From Brevundimonas sp. (GTDB taxonomy: Bacteria; Pseudomonadota; Alphaproteobacteria; Caulobacterales; Caulobacteraceae): 64,000 nt of DNA. The stretch covers positions 36,273 through 100,272 of the forward strand of contig NZ_JAYRPA010000074.1 in the NCBI RefSeq assembly GCF_041911375.1. Reading direction: 5' to 3'. The position numbers and the translations under genes were made by a program. Below the pieces are notes generated by a model. It searched no databases. It was not told the DNA's origin and was given only the letters and a program-made list of their open reading frames with translations. Shown here piece by piece: positions 31,836-41,791 of this stretch (positions are counted from its first letter, which is position 1; every line of letters begins with the position of its first letter).

Positions 31836-33596
31836 GTGATGCGTTTTCTCGATTCGAAAGGTCCGATCCTGGCCGCCAGCGCGCAGGAGCGGCTGAAGCA
31901 AGTTCCGGTGCGGCTGCTGCTTGCAGGCGTTGTGGTTTGGGCGCTGCACGCCGCAGGGCTTTCGGGCTGGATCGCGCCCTGGCTGGCATTGGCGGCGGTC
32001 GGCCAGGCCTTCGAATATTTCGCCATGGCTCCGTTCCGGCGGGCCGAGCCCTCGGCCGACCGTCGTCTGATCATCCTGGCGCTGGCCTCCACCACCACCA
32101 TGGCGGCGATCTACGGCGGGGTCGCCCTGATGGTGTGGTCGACCAACCATCCGGCGCTGGTGACCCTGGCAGCCCTGACGCTGGCCGGCGGGCTGCTGAC
32201 CAATGTGGCGTCGGGCATCGGTTCGCGCGCGGTCTTCTTCATCGGGGCCACGCCCTATCTGCTGGTTCTGGCGCTGATGCCGGTCGTGAAGGTCGTGCAG
32301 GGCGACCTGCACGGCGTCATCGTGATGACCCTGTCGGCCGCCCTGTTCGCCGGCGCCATCCTGAACGTCTACTGGCGGGTTCACGCGGCCCGTCGCGCGG
32401 AGGTGGAGGCTCTGGCGGAATCCGAACGACGAGTGGAGCAGGCCCAGGCGGCGATGGCCGACCGCGCCGCCATGGCCGCCATCGTCAGCCATGAGCTTCG
32501 CACCCCTGTCAGCGCCATCCTCGCCGGGGCCCATGTCCTGCGCGAGGGCAAGCTGCCGGGCAGCCGCGAAGAGACGGCCGACCTGATCATCGACGCGGGG
32601 CGGCTGATGACCGGCATGCTCAATGACCTTCTGGATCACTCCAAGATGGAGGCCGGGGCCATGCAACTGGAGAGCCGGGACTTCGAGCTGGGCGACTTCA
32701 TCCGCGACACGGCCCGCTTCTGGGCCGCGCCCGCGGCCGAAAAGGCGCTGACGCTGGAGGTTTCCGGGGTGGACGACGCGCCGATCTGGCTTCGCGGCGA
32801 CCCCTACCGCCTGCGCCAGGTCGTCAACAATCTGGTCTCCAACGCGATCAAGTTCACGCCCGCCGGCACAATCCGGCTTCAGGTCTCGGCTCCGACGTGG
32901 GCGGATACGCACCGCCTGACCCTGACCGTCGTCGACCAGGGGCCCGGCATTTCGGCCGAGGCGATGAACCGCCTGTTTTCGCCCTTCGCTCAAGGGTCCG
33001 CCGAGGTGGCCCGCACCTATGGCGGCACGGGGCTGGGCCTGACGGTCAGCCGGGAACTGGCGCGCCTGATGGGCGGCGACCTGACGGCTACAAGCGTGGA
33101 AGGACAGGGCGCGGCCTTCACCCTGCGCCTGGACCTGCCCGCCGGCGAGCCGACCCAGGCCAATGACGATCTAGACGCCGCCGCCCCGGATCTGTCCCAA
33201 CGCATCCGGGTGCTGGCGGTGGACGATCACGAGATCAACCGACGCACCATCGCGCTGGTGCTTCAGCCGCTTGAGGTCGAACTGGCGACCGCGTCGGACG
33301 GTCATCTGGCGCTGGCGCTGCTGGCGGAACGGCCGTTCGACGTGGTGCTGATGGACGTCAACATGCCGGGCATCGACGGCAACGAGACCACGCGACGACT
33401 GCGCGCCTCGAACGGCCCGAACGCAGGCGTTCTCGTGATCGGCTTCAGCTCCGGCACCGAGGCGGAGCAGGTGTCGGCCTGCTACGCCGCCGGAATGACC
33501 GACTGGCTGGCCAAACCGCTGGAGCCGAAGCGGCTCTACGACGCCTTGCAGAAGGCGGTGCAGGCCCGCCGCGTGGAGGTCGAACGGGCGGCCTAG
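31836..33596 (+). CDS. Hybrid sensor histidine kinase/response regulator with a polytopic membrane N-terminal domain
   Basis: ORF 31836..33596 (GTG at 31836, ATG at 31839). About 5 hydrophobic segments are followed by the H-box SHELRTPVSAI, the G2 box GGTGLGLTVSRELARLMGG, and a receiver domain (RVLAVDDHEINR...VLMDVNMPGIDG). Confidence 0.88.
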   Translation: MMRFLDSKGPILAASAQERLKQVPVRLLLAGVVVWALHAAGLSGWIAPWLALAAVGQAFEYFAMAPFRRAEPSADRRLIILALASTTTMAAIYGGVALMVWSTNHPALVTLAALTLAGGLLTNVASGIGSRAVFFIGATPYLLVLALMPVVKVVQGDLHGVIVMTLSAALFAGAILNVYWRVHAARRAEVEALAESERRVEQAQAAMADRAAMAAIVSHELRTPVSAILAGAHVLREGKLPGSREETADLIIDAGRLMTGMLNDLLDHSKMEAGAMQLESRDFELGDFIRDTARFWAAPAAEKALTLEVSGVDDAPIWLRGDPYRLRQVVNNLVSNAIKFTPAGTIRLQVSAPTWADTHRLTLTVVDQGPGISAEAMNRLFSPFAQGSAEVARTYGGTGLGLTVSRELARLMGGDLTATSVEGQGAAFTLRLDLPAGEPTQANDDLDAAAPDLSQRIRVLAVDDHEINRRTIALVLQPLEVELATASDGHLALALLAERPFDVVLMDVNMPGIDGNETTRRLRASNGPNAGVLVIGFSSGTEAEQVSACYAAGMTDWLAKPLEPKRLYDALQKAVQARRVEVERAA

Positions 33597-33656
33597 ATTC
33601 AGCGTTGCCATAGGTCCGACAATGCCCATACCCTCGCCCAAAAAGGGGGGGAAGCG

Positions 33657-34868
33657 ATGCATCACGGCGTAACCACGACCGAGCTGTATCTGGTGGCCAT
33701 GCTGATCATCTTCAGCGTGCCGTATCTGATCTGGCGGGGGCTGAAGACCGAGTACTACGCCCCCCTGGTCGTGGTGCAGATCATCGGCGGCATCCTGCTG
33801 GGACCAGGCGTGCTGGGCGCGGCCTTTCCGGCCTATTATGCGACTGTCTTCACGCCGGACGTCATCACGGCGCTGAACGGCGTCGCCTGGTGGGCGGTCA
33901 TGATCTTCGTCTTCATCGCCGGCCTCGAACTGGATCTTAGCCAGGCCTGGAAACGGAAGGGCGAGACGAGCGTCACCGCGGGACTGGCGCTGGCCACGCC
34001 GCTGATCTTCGGCTCGATCGTTGCTCTCGGGATGCTGCAATTTCCCGGCTGGGCGGGCCCTCGCGGCGAGACGTGGCAGGTGGTGCTGGGCATCGGCATG
34101 GCCTGCGCCGTGACGGCCCTGCCCATCCTGGTGCTGTTCATGGAGAAGCTGGAGATCCTGCGCCAGCCGCTGGGTCAGCGGGTGCTGCGCTACGCTAGCC
34201 TGGACGACATCGCCATCTGGGGCGTGCTGGCCATCATCCTGCTGGATTGGGAACGGGTCGGGCGTCAGGCCGCCTTCCTGGTCGGCTTCGCCGTCGCCGC
34301 CTTCGCCGTGCGCTGGATCATGAAGCGCATTCCGGAGCGTGACCGCTGGTACGTCGCCCTGATCTGGCTGGCGGCGTGCGGTTTCGCCGGCGACTGGTCC
34401 GGCCTGCACTTCATGGTCGGCGCCTTCCTGGCCGGCGCGGTGCTGGACGGCAAATGGTTCGATCAGGAGAAGATGGATCTGTTCCGCAATCATGTGCTGC
34501 TGGCGATCATGCCGGTCTTCTTCCTGAGCACCGGTCTGCGCACCCAATGGGACGTGGGCGGGGTGATGGTGTTCGGCGCGGCCGCCGTGCTGCTGGTCGC
34601 CTCGGTGGCGGGCAAGCTGGCGGGCGTGCACATGGCCGGCCGCATTCTGAAATGGGAGAAGGGCGAGGCCTCGATCATCGGCTGGCTGTTGCAGACCAAG
34701 GCGCTGATCATGATCATCTTCGCCAACATCCTGCTGGACCGGCAGATCATCACCAACGAGACCTTCACCGCCCTGCTGCTGATGGCGGTGGGTTCGACCA
34801 TGCTGACCATACCGCTGGTCACGCCCAAGCTGGCCCGGCTGGTCGGGCTGGCGAGGAAGGCGGGCTAG
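33657..34868 (+). CDS. Cation:proton antiporter (CPA2/Kef-like Na+/H+ exchanger family)
   Basis: ORF 33657..34868 is a polytopic membrane protein. Its N-terminus LIIFSVPYLIWRGLK...PLVVVQIIGGILLGPGVLG is typical of the family. Confidence 0.75.
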   Translation: MHHGVTTTELYLVAMLIIFSVPYLIWRGLKTEYYAPLVVVQIIGGILLGPGVLGAAFPAYYATVFTPDVITALNGVAWWAVMIFVFIAGLELDLSQAWKRKGETSVTAGLALATPLIFGSIVALGMLQFPGWAGPRGETWQVVLGIGMACAVTALPILVLFMEKLEILRQPLGQRVLRYASLDDIAIWGVLAIILLDWERVGRQAAFLVGFAVAAFAVRWIMKRIPERDRWYVALIWLAACGFAGDWSGLHFMVGAFLAGAVLDGKWFDQEKMDLFRNHVLLAIMPVFFLSTGLRTQWDVGGVMVFGAAAVLLVASVAGKLAGVHMAGRILKWEKGEASIIGWLLQTKALIMIIFANILLDRQIITNETFTALLLMAVGSTMLTIPLVTPKLARLVGLARKAG

Positions 34869-35986
34869 CGGGCGGCGAACCAGGGGCGGAGACGGTCCAG
34901 GGCCTCGCGTATCTCGGGCGTCGACACGGCGAAGCTGAAGCGGATGAAGCGACGGCCCTCTACGGGATCGAAATCGACGCCCGGGGCCGTGGCGACGCCG
35001 GTGTCGCGCAGCAATTGTTCGCAGAAGGCGACGCTGTCGTCGGTCAGGTGGCCGATGTCGGCCCAGATGTAGAAGGCGCCGTCCGGCGGGGCGATCTTCC
35101 TCAGCCCCAGGGCGGGCAGGGCCTCCAGCATCAGGTCGCGGTTGCGGGCGTAGGTCTGGATGTGGCCTTCCAGCTCCTCCGTCGCGTCCATGGCGACCAG
35201 CCCCGCGTGCTGGCTCAGGCTGGGCGGGGTCAGGAACATGTTTCCGATATAGGCGCGGGCGGCGTCGATCAGGGCGTCGGGGACAAGCAGCCAGCCCAGC
35301 CGCCAGCCGGCCATGCTCCAGTATTTGGAGAAGCTGTTGATGATCATCGCGTCGGGGGCGAACTGCAGCATCGAGGCCGTCGGCCCCACGTAGCTGAGGC
35401 CGTGGTAGATTTCGTCGGAGACGATGGCGATGTTACGGGTGCGGCACACCTCGGCGATGGCCGCCAGTTCGGCGTCAGGGATGATGGTTCCGGTCGGGTT
35501 GGCCGGGCTGGCGATGATGACGCCAGCGGGTGCCGGGTCCAGCACGGCCAACTGGGCGGCGGTCAGCTGGAACCGGCTCTCCGGACCGCAGGCGATCTCG
35601 ACCGGCTCCAGGTGCAGGGCGCGCAGGGCGTTGCGATAGGCGACATAGCCGGGCCGGGCGAGGGCTATGCGGTCGCCAGGTCGGAATCGCGCGCTCAGCG
35701 CCAGCACCAGGGCGGGCGAGGCGCCGCAGGTCAGCAGGATTCGATCAGGGTCGACCGAGACGTCGTAGCGGCCCTGATACAGGCGCGCGATGCGGCCGCG
35801 CAGGTCGGGGCTTTCCCAATAGCCCATGGCGTCCGCGTCCAGCACCTGATGGGCGCGGGCGATGGCGGCGGCGGGCGCGCCTGTCGAGGGCTGACCGAAC
35901 TCCATGTGGATGATCGACCGACCCTCGGCTTTCAGCTGGTGCGCCAGACGGCTGACGGTGATGGCGCGGAACGGTTCGACGGTCAT
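34865..35986 (-). CDS. Class I/II PLP-dependent aminotransferase
   Basis: Inner part of ORF 34865..36415. The start MTVEPFRAITVSRL at 35986 is in frame. Motifs are ASPANPTG, the PLP lysine region NSFSKYWSMAGWRLGW, and RFSFA. Confidence 0.88.
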   Translation of the reverse strand: MTVEPFRAITVSRLAHQLKAEGRSIIHMEFGQPSTGAPAAAIARAHQVLDADAMGYWESPDLRGRIARLYQGRYDVSVDPDRILLTCGASPALVLALSARFRPGDRIALARPGYVAYRNALRALHLEPVEIACGPESRFQLTAAQLAVLDPAPAGVIIASPANPTGTIIPDAELAAIAEVCRTRNIAIVSDEIYHGLSYVGPTASMLQFAPDAMIINSFSKYWSMAGWRLGWLLVPDALIDAARAYIGNMFLTPPSLSQHAGLVAMDATEELEGHIQTYARNRDLMLEALPALGLRKIAPPDGAFYIWADIGHLTDDSVAFCEQLLRDTGVATAPGVDFDPVEGRRFIRFSFAVSTPEIREALDRLRPWFAAR

Positions 35987-35994
35987 GACAGGCC

Positions 35995-36804
35995 TCAGGA
36001 AAGGGCGTCCGCTAGACGCAGAAAGCCCGCCACGTCCACGGTCTCGGCCCGCACGTCGGGTTCGACGCCGGCCGCTTCGCACAGGGCCGCGCCGCCCAAC
36101 TGCTTCAGGCTGGAGCGCAGCATCTTGCGGCGCTGGCCGAAGGCGGCGGCGGTGACGCGTTCCAGCTTCTTCAGTCGTTCGGGCGAAGGGCGTTCGGCCA
36201 GCGGAACCAGATGCACGACCGCCGAGGCCACCTTGGGCGGCGGGGTGAAGGCGGCGGCGGGCAGGTGCATGACGATGCGCGCAGTGCAGACGGCCTGGGC
36301 GATCACCGCCAGCCTGCCATATGCGTCGTCGCCGGGCGCTGCGGCCACGCGCTCGGCCACCTCCTTCTGGAACATCAGCGTCAGGGCGTGCGGCAGCCAA
36401 GGGCCGGTCAGCCATTTGATCAGCAGGGCGGTGCCGACGTTGTAGGGCAGGTTGGACACCAGATGCGCGGGGCCGGACACGAGGTCCGCCTCCTTCACCT
36501 TCAGCGCGTCCGCCTCCACGATCGTCAGACGCCCGGCGCCGTCGTCCAGTTCTGACAGCAGCGGGATAAATCGCGGGTCCTTCTCGACCAGGACCACCTT
36601 GCCCGCGTCAGACTCCAGCAGGGCGCGGGTCAGGCCGCCGGGGCCGGGGCCCACCTCGATCACCGCGCGGCCCTCGAACGGCCCGGCCAGGCGGACGATC
36701 TTTCGCGTCACGTTTAGGTCCAGCAGGAAGTGCTGGCCGAAGCTCTTCTTGGCCGACAGGCCGTGGGCGTCGAGGGTTTCGCGAAGGGAGGGAAGGTCGG
36801 TCAC
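35995..36804 (-). CDS. rsmA: 16S rRNA (adenine1518/1519-N6)-dimethyltransferase
   Basis: ORF 35995..36804 has KKSFGQHFLLD, VIEVGPGPGGLT and NLPYNVGT. Confidence 0.93.
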   Translation of the reverse strand: MTDLPSLRETLDAHGLSAKKSFGQHFLLDLNVTRKIVRLAGPFEGRAVIEVGPGPGGLTRALLESDAGKVVLVEKDPRFIPLLSELDDGAGRLTIVEADALKVKEADLVSGPAHLVSNLPYNVGTALLIKWLTGPWLPHALTLMFQKEVAERVAAAPGDDAYGRLAVIAQAVCTARIVMHLPAAAFTPPPKVASAVVHLVPLAERPSPERLKKLERVTAAAFGQRRKMLRSSLKQLGGAALCEAAGVEPDVRAETVDVAGFLRLADALS

Positions 36805-36812
36805 ACGCCCTG

Positions 36813-37808
36813 TTAGCGCGCGGCGCGCGCCGCCGCCATCTCCGACGCCACGCGGATGGCGGCGATCAGGCTGTCGGGCCGCGCCACGCCCTTGCCGGCG
36901 ATGTCGAAACCGGTGCCGTGGTCCGGCGAGGTGCGGATGACCGGCAGGCCCAGCGAGACATTCACCCCGCCCCAGAAGTCCAGCGTCTTGACCGGGATCA
37001 GCGCCTGGTCGTGATACATGCAGATGGCCGCGTCATAGGTCGCGCGCGCCTCGTCATGGAACAGGGTGTCGGCGGGCCTGGGGTCGGTGATGTCGATCCC
37101 CTCGGCGCGCAGTTGTTCGGCCACGGGGATAAGGGTCTCGATTTCCTGCAGGCCCAAGGCGCCGCCTTCCCCGGCGTGGGGGTTCAGCGCCGCCATGGCC
37201 AGGCGCGGCCGGGCGATGGCGAAGTCGCGCCGCAGGCTCTCGTGCACCACCCGGGCGGTGCGGGCCACGCGCTCCCCGGTCAGCAGCTCCGCTACCTGGT
37301 CCAGCGCCACATGGATGGTCACCAGGCAGGCGCGAAGGTCCCGGGCCGTCAGCATCATCACCGGTCCCCGCACACCGGGATAAGGCGCGTCCGCGGTCAG
37401 TTCGGCGATGAACTCCGTATGGCCTGGAAAGCGAAAGCCCGAGGCGTACATCGGCGCCTTGGCGATGGGGGCGGTCACAAGGCCGGACGCCTCGCCCGCC
37501 AGGCAAAGGCTGACCGCTTCCTCGATCCCGTCGGCGACGGAGGCCGCGTTGGCGGGATCGGGCGCGCCGACCCGAACCGGCGCGGGCAAGGGGCGATGGA
37601 TGACGGGCAGGGCGCGCGGGAAGGCCTCGGCCGCATCCAGCGGCGCGAAGACCTCGGCGACCGGAACTCCCTGGCCGCGCATCAGATCGGCGTCGCCGAT
37701 GACGGCGAACGGCAAGTTCTGAGGCGGGCGGGCGCGCCAGGCTGCGGCGACGATCTCCGGCCCGACGCCGGCGGGTTCGCCCAGCGTCAGGACCAAAGGC
37801 CGGATCAC
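36813..37808 (-). CDS. pdxA: 4-hydroxythreonine-4-phosphate dehydrogenase
   Basis: ORF 36813..37808 has LGEPAGVGPEI, GHTEFIAE, LNPHAGEGG and SPDHGTGFDIAGKG. Confidence 0.92.
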   Translation of the reverse strand: MIRPLVLTLGEPAGVGPEIVAAAWRARPPQNLPFAVIGDADLMRGQGVPVAEVFAPLDAAEAFPRALPVIHRPLPAPVRVGAPDPANAASVADGIEEAVSLCLAGEASGLVTAPIAKAPMYASGFRFPGHTEFIAELTADAPYPGVRGPVMMLTARDLRACLVTIHVALDQVAELLTGERVARTARVVHESLRRDFAIARPRLAMAALNPHAGEGGALGLQEIETLIPVAEQLRAEGIDITDPRPADTLFHDEARATYDAAICMYHDQALIPVKTLDFWGGVNVSLGLPVIRTSPDHGTGFDIAGKGVARPDSLIAAIRVASEMAAARAAR

Positions 37809-39172
37809 TTGAACTCGATCAGGGCGCTGTTGCGCAGGTCGCGCAGGTATCGACGCTCGAGCACCGCCAGGTTCTGAGAACGCAGCCGACCCTCGACCTG
37901 CTGGCGCGACGGCGCTTCGGGACCGCCGACGCGACGACCGCAGACGGAGACCAGATGCAGGCCCAGCGGCGTGCGGATCGGGGTCGACACGGCGCCGATC
38001 TCGCCGGTGCGGGCGAACTGCTGGAACTGCGGCGCCAGGTCGGCGACGTCGGACTCGCCGAGGTCGCCGCCCAGGACGCCTTGCGTCGCCCGGGCCTGGG
38101 ACAGGATGTTGTCGCAGGTCAGGCCCTGACGCAGGCCCTCCAGCGTGCGTGTCGCCTCTGCGATCTGGGCTTCAGACGCGGTCTCCGGCAGTTCGACCAT
38201 CAGCTGACGAAGCGAGACCAGGCTGGACGCCGCGCCGTCGCGCTTGTCGCGCATGTAGATGATGTAGACGCCGCCCTCGACGGGAATGGGGTTCGACAGC
38301 TGTCCGGGCTGGAGCTGGTCGAAAATCGCCTGCAGCGCCGGCTGGACCGAGCCCTTCACCAGCCAACCGGCGTCGCCGGGGACGCGCGCCGCGGCGGACG
38401 GGGCGGCGGAGAACTGACGCGCCACAGCCTGGAAGGGCGCGCCCTGTATGATCTGCTGCACAAGCTGCTGGGCGCCGTTCAGCGCGGCCTGCTGGCCCCC
38501 GACGCGCGCGGCCTCGATGTAGATTTCACCGACCAGATACTGCGGCTGCGAGGCCGCCTCGTTCAGGCGGCGGACTTCCTGATCGATCTGGGCGGGCGTC
38601 GGGCGGGCGCGGCTGCCGAAACGTCCGCCGACCAGGCGGCTCCAGCCGATCTCGGTGCGAAGGCCGTTGCGGAACGTCTCCGGCTGGATGCCGCCCTCGC
38701 GCAGGTAGTCGAGGTAGGCCTGGGGCGTCGTCCCCGCGGCCTGCGCCATGCCGGCGATCTCCTCGTCGATGTCCGCGTCGGTCACCTGAAGCTGTTCGGC
38801 GTACTGAGCCATTTCGCCGGACTTCAGCTGGTCCTCGATCAGGGCGTTGAGCGCCGCCTGCTGGATCGCGGGCAGGTTTTCCTCGGTCGGCCGCACTTGC
38901 GACGAGGAGATGAGCATCAGCATGCGCTGACGCAGGTCAAAGCCGGTGATGATGCGATCGTTGACGGCGGCGACGATGCCGTCGGCCATCTCGAACTCGG
39001 GTTGGGCGGCGGCCTGGCGGACGGGCGCGTCCTCGGCGGCGGGATTCGGGGCGCCCGCGGCGGGCGCCGGGGCCCCAGTCGGCGCGGGGGTCGGGGCCGT
39101 CTGCCCATAGGCTGAACCGGCGAGGAGGAGCGCCGTGAGCGCAGCCCCCGTCGAATAACGCATCAAACCCAT
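37805..39172 (-). CDS. surA: Periplasmic chaperone / peptidyl-prolyl isomerase SurA
   Basis: ORF 37805..39226, with the start MGLMRYSTGAALTALLLAGSAYGQ chosen at 39172. It has a SurA N-domain and a parvulin-like domain (PIRTPLGLHLVSV). It sits in the conserved lptD-surA-pdxA-rsmA order. Confidence 0.85.
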   Translation of the reverse strand: MGLMRYSTGAALTALLLAGSAYGQTAPTPAPTGAPAPAAGAPNPAAEDAPVRQAAAQPEFEMADGIVAAVNDRIITGFDLRQRMLMLISSSQVRPTEENLPAIQQAALNALIEDQLKSGEMAQYAEQLQVTDADIDEEIAGMAQAAGTTPQAYLDYLREGGIQPETFRNGLRTEIGWSRLVGGRFGSRARPTPAQIDQEVRRLNEAASQPQYLVGEIYIEAARVGGQQAALNGAQQLVQQIIQGAPFQAVARQFSAAPSAAARVPGDAGWLVKGSVQPALQAIFDQLQPGQLSNPIPVEGGVYIIYMRDKRDGAASSLVSLRQLMVELPETASEAQIAEATRTLEGLRQGLTCDNILSQARATQGVLGGDLGESDVADLAPQFQQFARTGEIGAVSTPIRTPLGLHLVSVCGRRVGGPEAPSRQQVEGRLRSQNLAVLERRYLRDLRNSALIEFK

Positions 39173-39251
39173 CGGTCGTCCTGATTCCTCAAAGCGGTCC
39201 ACCCGGCCGCGCCGGGTCGTCGGCATGACGGCGCCCCGTCAAGCGTCATGC

Positions 39252-41747
39252 TCAACGCAATTCGCTCTGTCCATAACCTGAACCTCCGAAAGTGGCGAGG
39301 TTTAGGCGCACATAGAGGCCTTCCGAAGGTCCGCTGGGCCGCACGCGTGTGTTGTCGCGCCGGAAACCCACCTCGAAGCGGAAACAATCGTCGTCGAACA
39401 GCAGTCCCACTTCCGAACGGGTGATCACGTCCCGTTCCAGGTCGGCGATGCCGGCGACGGCGACGCCCCAGTTGCGATAGACGAACTGTTGGGCGGCCAG
39501 TTGGATGAACTCGTAGTTCCGGTTCAGCGAACCGACCGGCGGGCCGACGGGGTTGTTCGGATCAGGCTGGCTGTCGACGTAGAGCGGATCGGACCGGTCG
39601 ACGATGTAGCTGATCGCCGCCACGTTGCGCCGGCCCCAGCGACCGTCCATCGCGGCCTCGGCCCTGCGGATGTCGCCCGAGCCGTCGACGGTGGCGTGGG
39701 CCCAACTGCGGATGCGGTCGGAGCGCGAGAAGCTGCCCTGAACCACCCAGTCCGACGTCTCGGACGCCAGCCCCGTGGGATCGTACAGCCGCGAGGGATC
39801 GTCGGGGATCGGCGTGCGGAAGGCGTCTTCCTCGTCGAACCGGTGGCTGCGGCCGACGAACAGGCTGGCGCTGCGGCCTTCCGCCCAGCGGATGGTGGCG
39901 CGACCGCCGGCGGTGAACCTCGCGCCGCCTTCCAGCAGGTCGTAGCCGGAGAAGCGATCGATACGGAACAGCGAGGACTCGTCCAGTTCGATGACCTGGG
40001 CGTCCTCGTTGGGGATGCGCGGGTCCAGATCGGGGTCGGTCGAGACCGACAGCTGGGCCACCGGTTCCAGGATGACGTCCGCCTTGGCGGTGCGACGGAT
40101 CAGCGGATAGCTGACGTCCAGGCCGGCGGTGAAGCGTGTGCGGCTGATGGCGGCGTCGTCGGCGTCGACGCCCAGCACCGGCGGCAGGTCGCCGACCGAA
40201 TAGACGTCGGCCCGGCCATCCACGAAGGGCTCCCATCGGACGCCCAGTGGAGAGATCAGGGCGCGGCGCCATTCAAACTGGCCGGTGATGCGGCGGCTGT
40301 CGACGCCGGGCAGGGTGGCCAGCGTCATCGGCGGCAACAGGTCGGGGCGCAGTACGGGCGAACCGACATAGGCGTCGCGGTAAAGCGACACGGCCGAGCC
40401 CTTCAGCCTCAGGCGGCCGCCCAGGACAGGCCCTTCCGGCTCCCACCGCGCCTCGACGAGGGGCGCGACCAGCGGCAGGGCGTGATCGTCCTCGAACACC
40501 TTGAACCCTTCCGCGTTGCGGAAGTCGTTGTCGGCGAAGCGTGGGTCGAGCCGCAGGCTCTGGATCGAGAAGGCCGCGATCGACAGATAGGATCGCTCGC
40601 TCTGCCGCTCGGCGTAGACCTGGCTGATCAGCCGACGTCGATCCCCGTAATAGAGGCCGTCGTCCTGATAGGGGTCGCGGATGTCGTAGCGGTCGAACAG
40701 CGTCTTGTCCGAGGTGCGCTCGGCGGTGAAGCCGAACCGCCACGGACCCGCGGGGTCGAAGTGGCCGTGGGACAGAAGGTAGCTGCGGTGGTCCTGGTCT
40801 CCGAAGCGCACATTGCTCTCGAAGTCGCCGTCGCCGTCCAGGTCGAAATCGCCGAAGTCGCGCTCATAGGTGTAGCCGCCCCGCGCCACGATCATGCCGT
40901 TGGCGAAGCGTCGGCGCCACTGCAGGTTCAACAGGGGCGCGACCTCGGTGTTGATCTGGGGGCTGATCAGCCAGTCCTCGGACGGCGAAACGACATGCAG
41001 GTACGGGACCTCGACCGAAAACCCGCGCCCTTCGTCATAGTTGATGATCGGCACCAGCACGCCGGAAGCCCGCTCCACCGTCGGATCGGGGTGGGCGAAG
41101 AAGGGGGTGTAGAAGACCGGTACGCCGCCGATGCGGAACACCGCGTTGCGGTACAGGATGGCGCGCAGTTCCTCGTCCTGGACGACCTTCTCGGCCTGGA
41201 TCGAGATGCTGGGAGTCTTGGGCCCGTTCTCGTCGCAGATCGGGCAGGGGGTGAAGACGGCGTAGTTCAGTTCGTTGGCCGTCTCGCTGCGCCGCACGGC
41301 CGTGGCGGCCATCAGGCTGGCGCCGTCGGGCGTCCGCGTGGCGAAATCGACCGCGACCCCGGCGTTCAGGTTCTGGTCCAGCTCCAGCCGGCTGGCGTGG
41401 ACGACCGTGCCGTCGGGCGCCACCGCCTCGACGCGGCCCGCCGCGGCGGCGGTTCCGGCCGACAGGTCGTAGGACAGGCTCTCGCCGCGCAGCGTGTGCC
41501 CTCGCGCGCGCAGATAGACGCGGTTTTCGGGCGTGCCCTGGGCCGTGACGACGTCCCCTTCACGCCGGGCGCTTTCCGCCTCGATATAGACGGCGTCGGG
41601 CGGCAGGCCGTCGGAGGAACCTGCGGTTTCCGGACCCGTCTGGGCGACCGCGCCCGTGGCGAGGGGGGCGCATACGGCAAGGGCCGCGCCGGCGAGCAGC
41701 CTGCGTCTCAGGACATTCGAGCGGCGCTCGCGGCGATCACCCTGCAT
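39252..41747 (-). CDS. lptD: LPS-assembly outer-membrane protein LptD
   Basis: The last 831 codons of ORF 39252..42497. The start MQGDRRERRSNVLRRRLLAGAALAVCAPLATGAVAQ at 41747 is in frame. It has an OstA-like N-domain (YIEAESARREGDVVTAQG) and a large C-terminal barrel. Confidence 0.9.
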   Translation of the reverse strand: MQGDRRERRSNVLRRRLLAGAALAVCAPLATGAVAQTGPETAGSSDGLPPDAVYIEAESARREGDVVTAQGTPENRVYLRARGHTLRGESLSYDLSAGTAAAAGRVEAVAPDGTVVHASRLELDQNLNAGVAVDFATRTPDGASLMAATAVRRSETANELNYAVFTPCPICDENGPKTPSISIQAEKVVQDEELRAILYRNAVFRIGGVPVFYTPFFAHPDPTVERASGVLVPIINYDEGRGFSVEVPYLHVVSPSEDWLISPQINTEVAPLLNLQWRRRFANGMIVARGGYTYERDFGDFDLDGDGDFESNVRFGDQDHRSYLLSHGHFDPAGPWRFGFTAERTSDKTLFDRYDIRDPYQDDGLYYGDRRRLISQVYAERQSERSYLSIAAFSIQSLRLDPRFADNDFRNAEGFKVFEDDHALPLVAPLVEARWEPEGPVLGGRLRLKGSAVSLYRDAYVGSPVLRPDLLPPMTLATLPGVDSRRITGQFEWRRALISPLGVRWEPFVDGRADVYSVGDLPPVLGVDADDAAISRTRFTAGLDVSYPLIRRTAKADVILEPVAQLSVSTDPDLDPRIPNEDAQVIELDESSLFRIDRFSGYDLLEGGARFTAGGRATIRWAEGRSASLFVGRSHRFDEEDAFRTPIPDDPSRLYDPTGLASETSDWVVQGSFSRSDRIRSWAHATVDGSGDIRRAEAAMDGRWGRRNVAAISYIVDRSDPLYVDSQPDPNNPVGPPVGSLNRNYEFIQLAAQQFVYRNWGVAVAGIADLERDVITRSEVGLLFDDDCFRFEVGFRRDNTRVRPSGPSEGLYVRLNLATFGGSGYGQSELR

Positions 41748-41791
41748 ATGCCATCCGTCATTGAGCCTGTTTGGAGGAGCGGGCGGTCCGC

